Assembly: GCF_000018105.1 (NCBI RefSeq)
Contig: NC_009925.1
Location: 2,220,001-2,252,000, forward strand
Length of the DNA: 32,000 nt
Direction of reading: 5' to 3'
Source of the DNA: Acaryochloris marina MBIC11017
GTDB taxonomy: Bacteria; Cyanobacteriota; Cyanobacteriia; Thermosynechococcales; Thermosynechococcaceae
This document shows positions 24,716 through 32,000 of this stretch, in pieces. Every line of letters begins with the position of its first letter. Within the stretch, counting starts at the first letter, position 1. The notes under the pieces were generated by a model, which saw only the letters and a program-made list of their open reading frames with translations, was not told the origin of the DNA and searched no databases. Position numbers and translations under genes: made by a program.

Positions 24716-26182
24716 CTATTCTAAACAATCTCGCAAAGCCGCTTGTAAAGCCGATCTCGCTTCATCCGCCTGTTGCACAGCAAACCGATACTTATCCAGC
24801 AATACCGCCGCATCCTCATGCACCTCCCCCGCTGCATTCGGATTCTTTACATCCAGATTGTAGTTATTCGCCTGAATCTCCTGCAGCGACACCTTCCAGG
24901 CAAACTCATTCTCCTCCCGCTGCTCCCACCACGCCTTCTCCGGCCCAAACTCCTCAATCCGCATCGGCTTCGTCTTCGAGTAGGACTTATACCCCTTGGG
25001 ATAAGGATGCTCGTAATACCAAATCTCCTGGGTCGGCTCCCCCTTGGTAAAAAACAACAGATTCGTCTTAATGCTCGTATAGGGTGCAAACACCCCATTC
25101 GGCAACCGCACAATCGTATGTAAATTACACTCCCGCAGCAGCTTTTCCTTAATCCGCGTTTTAATCCCTTCCCCAAATAACGTCCCATCCGGCAACACAA
25201 TCGCGGCCCGTCCGCCTGCCTTCAGCAGCTCCATCACCAACACCAGAAACAGATCCGCCGTCTCCCGCGTGCGGAACTCCGTTGGGAAACCCCGCTCAAT
25301 ACCATCCTCCTCCATGCCCCCAAAGGGCGGATTGGTCACCACCACATCCACCTGATCCGCCCGTGCATAATCCCGTAAGGGCTTGCGCAATGTATTGTCA
25401 TGGCGCACATTGGTTGGCACCTCCAGGCCATGCACCAGCATATTCGTCACGCAGAGCAAATGAGGTAGAGGCTTCTTCTCTACCCCCCAAACCCCCTGCT
25501 TGGCCTGCTCCAAATCCTGCGAACCCTGCACCTGTTGCTTCAAATGCTCAAAGGCGCAGGTCAAAAATCCCCCCGTGCCGCAGGCCGGATCCAGCACCCG
25601 CTCTCCCAACTGCGGATTCACCCTATCAATGGCAAACTGGGTGACCGCACGGGGCGTATAAAACTCGCCCGCATTGCCTGCCCCTTGAAGATCCTTGAGC
25701 AACTGCTCATACATATCCCCAAACAAGTCCCGCTGCTTCGACTCATTAAAATCGATATTGTCATTGATCTTATTCACCACCTGCCGCAGCAACGTGCCCG
25801 ACTTCATATAGTTGTAGGCATCTTCAAACACCGATCGCAGCAGTGCGCCCCGCCCCTGAGCAATTCCCTCTAGGTCTTCTAGGTCCAACTCCTTTAGGGC
25901 CGGAAACAAGCAATTATCCACTAGATCCAGCAGTGCCTCTCCCGTCAACGCCTGCTTGCCCAATTGCTCACTATCCGCCCAGGCCGACCACTGCAGTTCC
26001 GCTGGAATCGGAGACTCATAGTCATCCACTAGGGCTTCCAGTTCCAAGTCCTGGTCGCTAAAAATCTTAAAAAACAGCATCCAGCCCAACTGTCCGATGC
26101 GCTGGGCATCTCCATCGACCCCCACATCCTTGCGCATGATGTCTTGAATCGACTTAATCGTGGCGGATAAAGACATAGCCAT
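24716..26182 (-). CDS. hsdM: Type I R-M N6-adenine DNA methyltransferase subunit HsdM
   Basis: SAM-binding motif VLDPACGTGGFL, catalytic motif VVTNPPFGG, and an HsdM N-terminal helical domain. Confidence 0.95.
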   Translation of the reverse strand: MAMSLSATIKSIQDIMRKDVGVDGDAQRIGQLGWMLFFKIFSDQDLELEALVDDYESPIPAELQWSAWADSEQLGKQALTGEALLDLVDNCLFPALKELDLEDLEGIAQGRGALLRSVFEDAYNYMKSGTLLRQVVNKINDNIDFNESKQRDLFGDMYEQLLKDLQGAGNAGEFYTPRAVTQFAIDRVNPQLGERVLDPACGTGGFLTCAFEHLKQQVQGSQDLEQAKQGVWGVEKKPLPHLLCVTNMLVHGLEVPTNVRHDNTLRKPLRDYARADQVDVVVTNPPFGGMEEDGIERGFPTEFRTRETADLFLVLVMELLKAGGRAAIVLPDGTLFGEGIKTRIKEKLLRECNLHTIVRLPNGVFAPYTSIKTNLLFFTKGEPTQEIWYYEHPYPKGYKSYSKTKPMRIEEFGPEKAWWEQREENEFAWKVSLQEIQANNYNLDVKNPNAAGEVHEDAAVLLDKYRFAVQQADEARSALQAALRDCLE

Positions 26183-26216
26183 TCCTCAAAACCGATGCTA
26201 AAGCGTGAGGCGCTGT

Positions 26217-28571
26217 CTACGCCCCTGGAGAAGCTGATTCATCATCGTACAGCATCCGCGCCAACTCACTTACCGCTGCCCGATATTGCTTCTTCCCCCC
26301 AAACTGTTTCAACAACTCCACAGGCGTCCCTAACTGGGCAAACGGCTCCAACTGCAGAACCTTCGCATCCTCCATAGAGACCACCCCCTGATCGGCATAC
26401 TTCTCCAACAGACCTTCCAACACCGCCCGCGCGGTCTCCCCATATTGCGTAAACACATCTCGCTTGCGCACCTGGTTGGCTCGCTCTCGTCTGGTTTTGG
26501 GGGGCTGATCAAAGGCCACATGGCAAATCAAATCAAAGAGGTCATACTCTGCCCCCACCTGTTTGGCTAATGCTTCCACCATCACTCCGTGGGACTGGAG
26601 TTCCTCCAAGATCGCCGACTTGCGATCCGCCTTATTCCATTTCCCCAAAAAGCGATCCAGAGACTGATACGCCTCATTAATCGTCCGACGGTTATAGTCC
26701 TTGAGGGATTCCGTCGTCAGTTTCCCCTCCTTGTCGTAGTAGCTCACCCGCTCCCGCGCCACCATAAATTCCTGACGCCCCACTTGGTATTTCACCCGTT
26801 CAGCAGAACCATCATCGAAGGCTGGGTCAAGGGTGACATCTCTAGGCTCTGACTGGGCCGAGGATGGACCAACACCAAACTGCTCATCCTGAATCGGAGG
26901 CCCATCCCAATCCTCATCGTTAAACAATGCCGTAGCATTGCGAAAATCAATAATGGTGAAAAAGTTTTTGCCAAAGTCGGGGCGTAACCGCGTCCCTCGC
27001 CCCACAATCTGCTTAAACTCGGTCATCGACTGGATCCGTCGATCCAAAACAATCACATGACAGGTTTGGGCATCCACCCCCGTCGTCATCAGCTTCGAGG
27101 TGGTCGTAATCACCGGATAGTCTTCTTTCGGATTGATAAAGTGATCCAGTTGGGCCTTCCCTTCCTTGTCATCCCCCGTTACCCGCATCACATAACGCCG
27201 ATCCTGCTCCACGAGGGGCCGATTCACCGCAACATTCACAAAAGCCTGCCGCATCCGCTCCGCATGGTCAATATCCTCACAAAAGACAATCGTCTTGCGC
27301 ATCGGGTCGCCTTGATGCAGAAACTCACTCACATACTCCGCCACCGCCTGGGTTCGCTGGTCAAACACTATATTGCGGTCAAAGTCCCGCAAATTGTACT
27401 CCCGCTGCTCGATCAATTGCCCCTGATCATCCACCTCATTGGCGTCCGGTATCCAGCCCTCTATATCCTTATCCAACTGCACCTGCACCCGACGGAACGG
27501 AGCCAAGAAACCATCCTCAATCCCCTGCCGCAGGGAATAGGTGTAAATGGGTTCACCAAAATAATCAATATTAGAGACGTATTGAGTTTCCTTAGGAGTA
27601 GCGGTTAAGCCTAACTGAGTGGCGCTGGTAAAATAATCCAACACCTGTCGCCAGTTAGAATCCTCCGCTGCGCTGCCCCGGTGACATTCATCAATCACAA
27701 TCAAATCAAAGAAATCTGCCGGGAACTTGCTGTACAGATCCTCCTGGCCTTCCTGGCCAATAATCGCCTGGTAAATACCGAGATAGACCTCATAGGAGGT
27801 ATCAATCTTGCCATTGTCGTCTACCAGTTTGCGCGTCAGCTTAGTCATCACCTGGCCAAAAGGGCGAAAATCATTGGTAATGGTTTGATCCACCAACGCA
27901 TTGCGATCGGCTAAAAACAGCACCCGCTTCACCACCCGCTTTTTCCACAGTCGCCAAATAATATTGAAAACCGTGTAAGTCTTTCCAGCTCCCGTCGCCA
28001 TCACTAGGAGACAGCGCTTCTGCCCCTTGGCAATAGCCGCCAAGGTCTGATTGATCGCCAACTGCTGATAGTAGCGGGGCTTCTTCCCTCCTATCTCAAA
28101 ATAATAAGGCGAGGTGAGCAGCGCCTCGTCCACCCCCAACAACCCTTGGCTCTGACGATACCGTTGCCACAGCTCATCCGGTGACGGAAACACCTCCAGC
28201 GCTAGCGCCTGCTCCACCTGAGGATAAGTACCACTGCGATCATGGAGCAAAAAGCCATCCCCATTCGAAGAAAACACAAACGGAACCTGCAAAGTCTCGG
28301 CATATCCCAGGGCCTGCTGCATTCCCGCCCCCAAACTATGTTTGTTATCCTTGGCTTCAATTACGGCAATCGGCTGGTTCTGAGGGTAAAACAGCAAATA
28401 ATCTGCTCGCTTGCGTTTTCCCCTCGTCGTCAATTGCCCCCGCACAATGATCTGCCCATCCGTAAAGCCATATTCCCGCCGGATTTGGCTTTTCTTCCAA
28501 CCCGCCGCATCAATCGCCGGAGTAATATAGCGATCGCAAATATCCACTTCACTCAGAGATTTTTTGGTCAT
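26217..28571 (-). CDS. hsdR: Type I R-M restriction endonuclease/translocase subunit HsdR (EcoEI/EcoAI-like, probably family IB)
   Basis: N-terminal PD-(D/E)xK nuclease (ADYLLF...IAVIEAKDN). SF2 motor with MATGAGKT and VIDECHRG. The C-terminal segment (FDLICHVAFDQPPKTRRERA...LQLEPF...FGGKKQY) resembles the EcoEI R C-terminal domain. ATG at 28571; the track start 28574 is a TTG. Confidence 0.95.
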   Translation of the reverse strand: MTKKSLSEVDICDRYITPAIDAAGWKKSQIRREYGFTDGQIIVRGQLTTRGKRKRADYLLFYPQNQPIAVIEAKDNKHSLGAGMQQALGYAETLQVPFVFSSNGDGFLLHDRSGTYPQVEQALALEVFPSPDELWQRYRQSQGLLGVDEALLTSPYYFEIGGKKPRYYQQLAINQTLAAIAKGQKRCLLVMATGAGKTYTVFNIIWRLWKKRVVKRVLFLADRNALVDQTITNDFRPFGQVMTKLTRKLVDDNGKIDTSYEVYLGIYQAIIGQEGQEDLYSKFPADFFDLIVIDECHRGSAAEDSNWRQVLDYFTSATQLGLTATPKETQYVSNIDYFGEPIYTYSLRQGIEDGFLAPFRRVQVQLDKDIEGWIPDANEVDDQGQLIEQREYNLRDFDRNIVFDQRTQAVAEYVSEFLHQGDPMRKTIVFCEDIDHAERMRQAFVNVAVNRPLVEQDRRYVMRVTGDDKEGKAQLDHFINPKEDYPVITTTSKLMTTGVDAQTCHVIVLDRRIQSMTEFKQIVGRGTRLRPDFGKNFFTIIDFRNATALFNDEDWDGPPIQDEQFGVGPSSAQSEPRDVTLDPAFDDGSAERVKYQVGRQEFMVARERVSYYDKEGKLTTESLKDYNRRTINEAYQSLDRFLGKWNKADRKSAILEELQSHGVMVEALAKQVGAEYDLFDLICHVAFDQPPKTRRERANQVRKRDVFTQYGETARAVLEGLLEKYADQGVVSMEDAKVLQLEPFAQLGTPVELLKQFGGKKQYRAAVSELARMLYDDESASPGA

Positions 28572-28856
28572 CAAACAAAAAATAAAGGTATTTTAAGCGT
28601 GAACAGCATCCAGCTCGCTCCTACTCATCATACCCAGGTAAATCACCTATGGTTCGGCAGTTTGATAGGTCTATTCCTCTCGATCTGGGCCTTGCCTGTC
28701 TCTGCTTACACCCTATTCCCTAGATCTCGGCCTGCAAAGTTCCCAGAGTTATGTCACCCATTTACACACCCAATAACACCCAATTCAGGTGTTGGATTCG
28801 ACAGGGCATCCCTTTAGACTATTGGCATTCAATTTATCAGAGCCAAGGGCCAACCC

Positions 28857-30014
28857 ATGTCCGCCGCACCCCTATCAATCGCACTGTTGACCTATGCCAC
28901 AAAACCACGGGGCAGCGTTATCCATACCCTAGAACTGGCGGCAGCGCTTACCGCTTTGGGCCATCAAGTTTATGTATATGCCCTCGATAAAGATGGAAAA
29001 GGATTTGAGCGAATCCTACCTCATCCCGTACAACTTATTCCTGCTCAAGCCGCCCCTAGCGATATTGATGCCCTGATCCAGCAACGGATTCAGGAATTTG
29101 TAAGTTTCTTAGGAGCACATCCCCATAAACACGATATCTATCATGCTCAGGATTGCATTAGTGTCAACGCTTTAATGCAGCTTCGCCAAACCCAACATCT
29201 CCCCCACGTCGTCCGCACCGTCCATCATATTGAAGACTTCCAGAGTCTCTATTTACAGCAGTGCCAAGACCGCTCAATTCGAGACCCCGACTTATGTTTA
29301 TGCGTCAGTGATTACTGGCAAGAGAGGCTCGTCACTGAGTACCACATCACCGCCCCTCGGGTAACAAATGGCGTTAATTTAGAGCGGTTTTCTCTTATTC
29401 CCACTGGACAAGAATCTGTGCTTAAAGAAGCCTTAGGTTTGCATGGATCTCCCATTTATCTGACGGTGGGTGGAATTGAACCGCGAAAAAATTCCATTCG
29501 GTTACTCACAGCCTTTGCCCAAGTATTACAGAACAGACCCCAAGCCCAACTCGTGATTGCGGGCGGTGCAACCCTGTTTGACTACCAAGCGTATCGAGAC
29601 CAGTTTTTCCAGCAAGTCCAGACATTGCAAATTGATATTGGACGATCTCTAATTTTGCCGGGGGTTGTGCCTGATGCTGATCTTCCGGTGCTTTATCGTT
29701 GTGCGGATGCCTTTTGTTTCCCGTCTTTGAAAGAAGGATGGGGACTGGTCGTTCTAGAAGCGATCGCATCTGGGTTACCGCTGCTTCTCTCTGACCAACC
29801 GCCGTTTACAGAATTTTTAGGTAGGGAACAGGCCGTGTGGGTCAATCCCCAAGATCCTGACCAGATGGCTAAAGGGATGTTGAGCCTTGATCCGACCTAC
29901 GGTTCTGTATACCTCTCCTCTGCCACCCCAATTTTGGACCAATATTCCTGGCATCAGTCAGCGCTTTCTCATGTGGAACAATATCAGCGCTTACGGGCTA
30001 ACCACCAGGAATAA
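28857..30014 (+). CDS. GT4-family glycosyltransferase, probably the Nit1C-associated MSMEG_0565-type
   Basis: GT-B fold with the E-x7-E motif in FPSLKEGWGLVVLEAIASGLP. The N-terminal YATKPRGSVIHTLELAAAL is typical of GT4. The family subtype is inferred from the neighbouring Hyp2 gene and from the known Nit1C gene content. Confidence 0.8.
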   Translation: MSAAPLSIALLTYATKPRGSVIHTLELAAALTALGHQVYVYALDKDGKGFERILPHPVQLIPAQAAPSDIDALIQQRIQEFVSFLGAHPHKHDIYHAQDCISVNALMQLRQTQHLPHVVRTVHHIEDFQSLYLQQCQDRSIRDPDLCLCVSDYWQERLVTEYHITAPRVTNGVNLERFSLIPTGQESVLKEALGLHGSPIYLTVGGIEPRKNSIRLLTAFAQVLQNRPQAQLVIAGGATLFDYQAYRDQFFQQVQTLQIDIGRSLILPGVVPDADLPVLYRCADAFCFPSLKEGWGLVVLEAIASGLPLLLSDQPPFTEFLGREQAVWVNPQDPDQMAKGMLSLDPTYGSVYLSSATPILDQYSWHQSALSHVEQYQRLRANHQE

Positions 30015-30291
30015 ATTGAATCATTTGTACCTTGGGATCGGCGAGATCTTGATAGGTCTGAGCCCGAGTTTCCAGAGATTGCAGTTGTCCTAAGGCGAGG
30101 CTGCAAGGCATACCATATTTAGCTTTTACTCGGTCGCTGGCAATGGTCAGAGCGGTTTGTGATCGCGCCATAAAGTCACTCAATTCATAGGTACTTCCTG
30201 GCTCGAAATAGTCTTTGACGACCAAGGAAGGTGAATAGCAGGTTTCCTGGGTACCGTCGGGCCATTGGATTTGAAAGCGAATTTCTGGCAT
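29998..30291 (-). CDS. 97-aa protein, probably Nit1C Hyp2 (MSMEG_0570/NitG-type)
   Basis: MPEIRFQIQWPDGTQETCYSPSLVVKDYFEPGSTYELSDFMARSQTALTIASDRVKAKYGMPCS... matches my recollection of the small conserved Nit1C hypothetical. Its 3' end overlaps the convergent glycosyltransferase gene by 17 bp. Confidence 0.6.
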   Translation of the reverse strand: MPEIRFQIQWPDGTQETCYSPSLVVKDYFEPGSTYELSDFMARSQTALTIASDRVKAKYGMPCSLALGQLQSLETRAQTYQDLADPKVQMIQFIPGG

Positions 30292-30338
30292 GGGGCAAAG
30301 TGCAAAGGGAGATAAGTGAAACAGATTTCCTGACCTTT

Positions 30339-30382
30339 ACTTTAACGGCGCAGGGGGAGTCGCAAGTTGTACTGGTTGATAC
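30339..30382 (-). promoter_or_regulatory. Candidate NtcA-type promoter in the Hyp2 / GAF-LuxR divergent gap
   Basis: GTACTGGTTGATAC (perfect GTA-N8-TAC, 30369-30382). On the minus strand, TAAAGT (TAN3T) follows 24 nt downstream at 30344..30339. I found no good -10 at the right spacing on the plus strand. Confidence 0.4.
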
Positions 30383-30457
30383 AAAGTGAGGGGAGTCTTT
30401 TTTATTCAATAAAGAAGTGATCCGTTCTCTTGAGCCATTCCAGCCCCAAGCCACACC

Positions 30458-31867
30458 TTGCTAAATTCTGTTCAGTTACTCTCCGATCTTCAGGATGTCA
30501 ATGCGATTGGTCAAAGTATTTCTGGGTGCTTAGAACCAGCAGAAATTGCCCATCGTGTCACTGAAGCGTTGGTCCAGCGTTTTCAATGTGCCTTTGCTCG
30601 CATCTGGTTAACGGACACTGATCAGCAAGCTCTGACCTTAGTTGCCTCTTCTGGGCTGTATACCCATACCAATGGTTCTTTTGCCCATGTGCCCATGGGT
30701 GCCTATAAGGTGGGCAAGATTGCCCAAAACCGAGTGCCGTTTTTAAGTAATTATTTACCGGATGAACCCTGGGTCAAGGATCGAGACTGGGCAATTGCCA
30801 ATCAAATTCAAGGGTTTGCCGGGTATCCGCTAATGGCGGGTGATCGGGTGTTAGGAGTCCTGGCCACCTTTAGTCATACTCCCCTCGCTCCAGAATTCCT
30901 GGAAGTTCTGCAAATGCTGTGTCTGACGACAACTATTGCCTTAGATGCCGCACTTCAGTCTCAGAGAACGATACCCAAATCTGTGTCTCAAAGTGGGGCA
31001 ATAGCCCTTTCCGATCAACTGGCAAAGGTGCTCACCTCAACTCAGTTAATGTTGGTGGGCACGGAGCGGGATCTTCCGGCTTCTATGGCCTATGCCCTGC
31101 TGCGCGGGGTGGAGCTGTTAACCCAACTGGATTGCAGCTATTGCCGCTTGACCTATGGTGAACAAGCCGTATTGTTGGATGCAATCGCAATCTTCCCCCC
31201 TAACATCCGTGAAGATCTGTTAGAGCAAACTGCCTCTCCCTTAGCCGAGCTACAGCGGCTGACTCTGTGGCTGGGAGGGACATTGACTACCCAACCGGAC
31301 CCCCAAGATCGCGTGTTTGAGCTGACTTTAACGCTGCCCTATGGGGCTGCAACTGAGCATTTCTCCGTGTCCGTCCACTGTCAACAGTCTGTCTTACAAC
31401 TGGCATTTACCCATCTATGTTTGCAAGCAGGCTTAAATCTGAAAGAAATGACGTCTGCCAAAACAGCAGAATCAAATTGTCAAGAAGTCCTGCTGACAGA
31501 TCGTCTGGATATCCCATCGTCTAAGTCACCTATCATTTGGATTCAGCATTCCCCTCGGGGGCAGATCCCTGCAGCAGCTCAAGCGGTGGTGACACTGGAT
31601 ATTATTCCTCAGCAACTCTATACAGTTGTGGCTCAAGTTTCGCAAGGCCAAGCGGCTTTGCCTGAGCTAATCGCTCCTACGTTATCCGACCGGGAACAGG
31701 AAATTATGCGGTTGTTATCTCAAGGGCTAAGAGATCGCGATATTGCCAACCGATTACATATCAGCGAAAGTACCGTTCGGTTTCACGTCAACAATACTTT
31801 GACCAAGTTAAAGGCCAAAAATCGGTATCAAGCGGTTTATGAGGCTACTAGTCGAGAGTGGATTTAG
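30458..31867 (+). CDS. GAF-domain + LuxR-type HTH transcriptional regulator
   Basis: N-terminal GAF-like region (ARIWLTD....LTLVASSGLY...GYPLMAGDRVLGVLATFS). The C-terminal LSDREQEIMRLLSQGLRDRDIANRLHISESTVRFHVNNTLTKL is a LuxR HTH. The only start in frame near the 5' end is TTG 30458, so the start is uncertain. Confidence 0.8.
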   Translation: MLNSVQLLSDLQDVNAIGQSISGCLEPAEIAHRVTEALVQRFQCAFARIWLTDTDQQALTLVASSGLYTHTNGSFAHVPMGAYKVGKIAQNRVPFLSNYLPDEPWVKDRDWAIANQIQGFAGYPLMAGDRVLGVLATFSHTPLAPEFLEVLQMLCLTTTIALDAALQSQRTIPKSVSQSGAIALSDQLAKVLTSTQLMLVGTERDLPASMAYALLRGVELLTQLDCSYCRLTYGEQAVLLDAIAIFPPNIREDLLEQTASPLAELQRLTLWLGGTLTTQPDPQDRVFELTLTLPYGAATEHFSVSVHCQQSVLQLAFTHLCLQAGLNLKEMTSAKTAESNCQEVLLTDRLDIPSSKSPIIWIQHSPRGQIPAAAQAVVTLDIIPQQLYTVVAQVSQGQAALPELIAPTLSDREQEIMRLLSQGLRDRDIANRLHISESTVRFHVNNTLTKLKAKNRYQAVYEATSREWI

Positions 31868-32000
31868 GTGCTCAGTCGTGACTTTAGAACGAGACTGGGC
31901 AGACATTCAAAAATAGATATTCAGTGCAAGTATGAGAAGGCGACGCCAGCTCCTGGGACATGATTTATGGATGGTTTCTGGGTTCAATCCCTGGATAAAA

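Noticed and set aside
24679-26061. Several 110-125-aa ORFs antisense to or out of frame with hsdM (24679..25050, 24773..25123, 24847..25200, 25282..25644, 25535..25873)
   Set aside because: The translations are Pro/Arg/Leu-rich with no motifs. hsdM on the minus strand has canonical methyltransferase motifs and accounts for the region.
27057-28817. 183-aa and 191-aa plus-strand ORFs (27057..27608, 28242..28817) and 28181..28450
   Set aside because: They are antisense to hsdR, with His/Arg/Leu/Pro-rich artefactual sequences. Only the last ~240 nt of 28242..28817 is intergenic, and there is no start or SD there.
28575-28856. Search for an NtcA box or other conserved operator upstream of the glycosyltransferase / hsdR divergent pair
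   Set aside because: Only near-misses were found, for example GTAAATCACCTATG and a GT-N9-AC. Nothing has the consensus spacing.

Overview
Cyanobacterial chromosomal segment: I counted by eye at least 16 copies of the HIP1 octamer GCGATCGC, there is an ictB homolog, and there are NtcA-type promoter motifs. No rRNA, tRNA, CRISPR array, transposase or integrase was seen.

Left third, mostly minus strand:
- a partial ArnT-like glycosyltransferase gene running off the left edge
- two small envelope or secreted hypotheticals
- a NarL-type response regulator followed 5 nt later by ictB
- a 134-aa hypothetical plus a Dda-sized SF1B helicase
- a 1296-aa RTX calcium-binding repeat protein built from about 7.6 tandem copies of a 327-bp unit
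- a 6-TM Kv-type K+ channel

Middle:
- A translationally coupled gene pair (11997-14583). It encodes a divergent Ro60/TROVE-vWA-like protein and a 386-aa partner with no motif I can recognise. This is my best candidate for an undescribed system.
- A Nit1C-type 'nitrogen starvation / cyanide' cluster: a divergent flavoprotein monooxygenase, then Hyp1, nitrilase, radical-SAM, GNAT and AIR-synthase-like genes. Consensus NtcA boxes sit in the divergent promoter gap.

Right:
- A 7.7-kb Type I R-M island on the minus strand: hsdR, hsdM, antitoxin, PIN toxin, hsdS, DUF1016 nuclease. It lies exactly between the AIR-synthase-like gene and the remaining Nit1C-associated genes (a GT4 glycosyltransferase and the 97-aa Hyp2), so the island appears to have split the cluster.
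- A GAF + LuxR regulator closes the window.

All family assignments come from motif recognition by eye and memory, not from searches.
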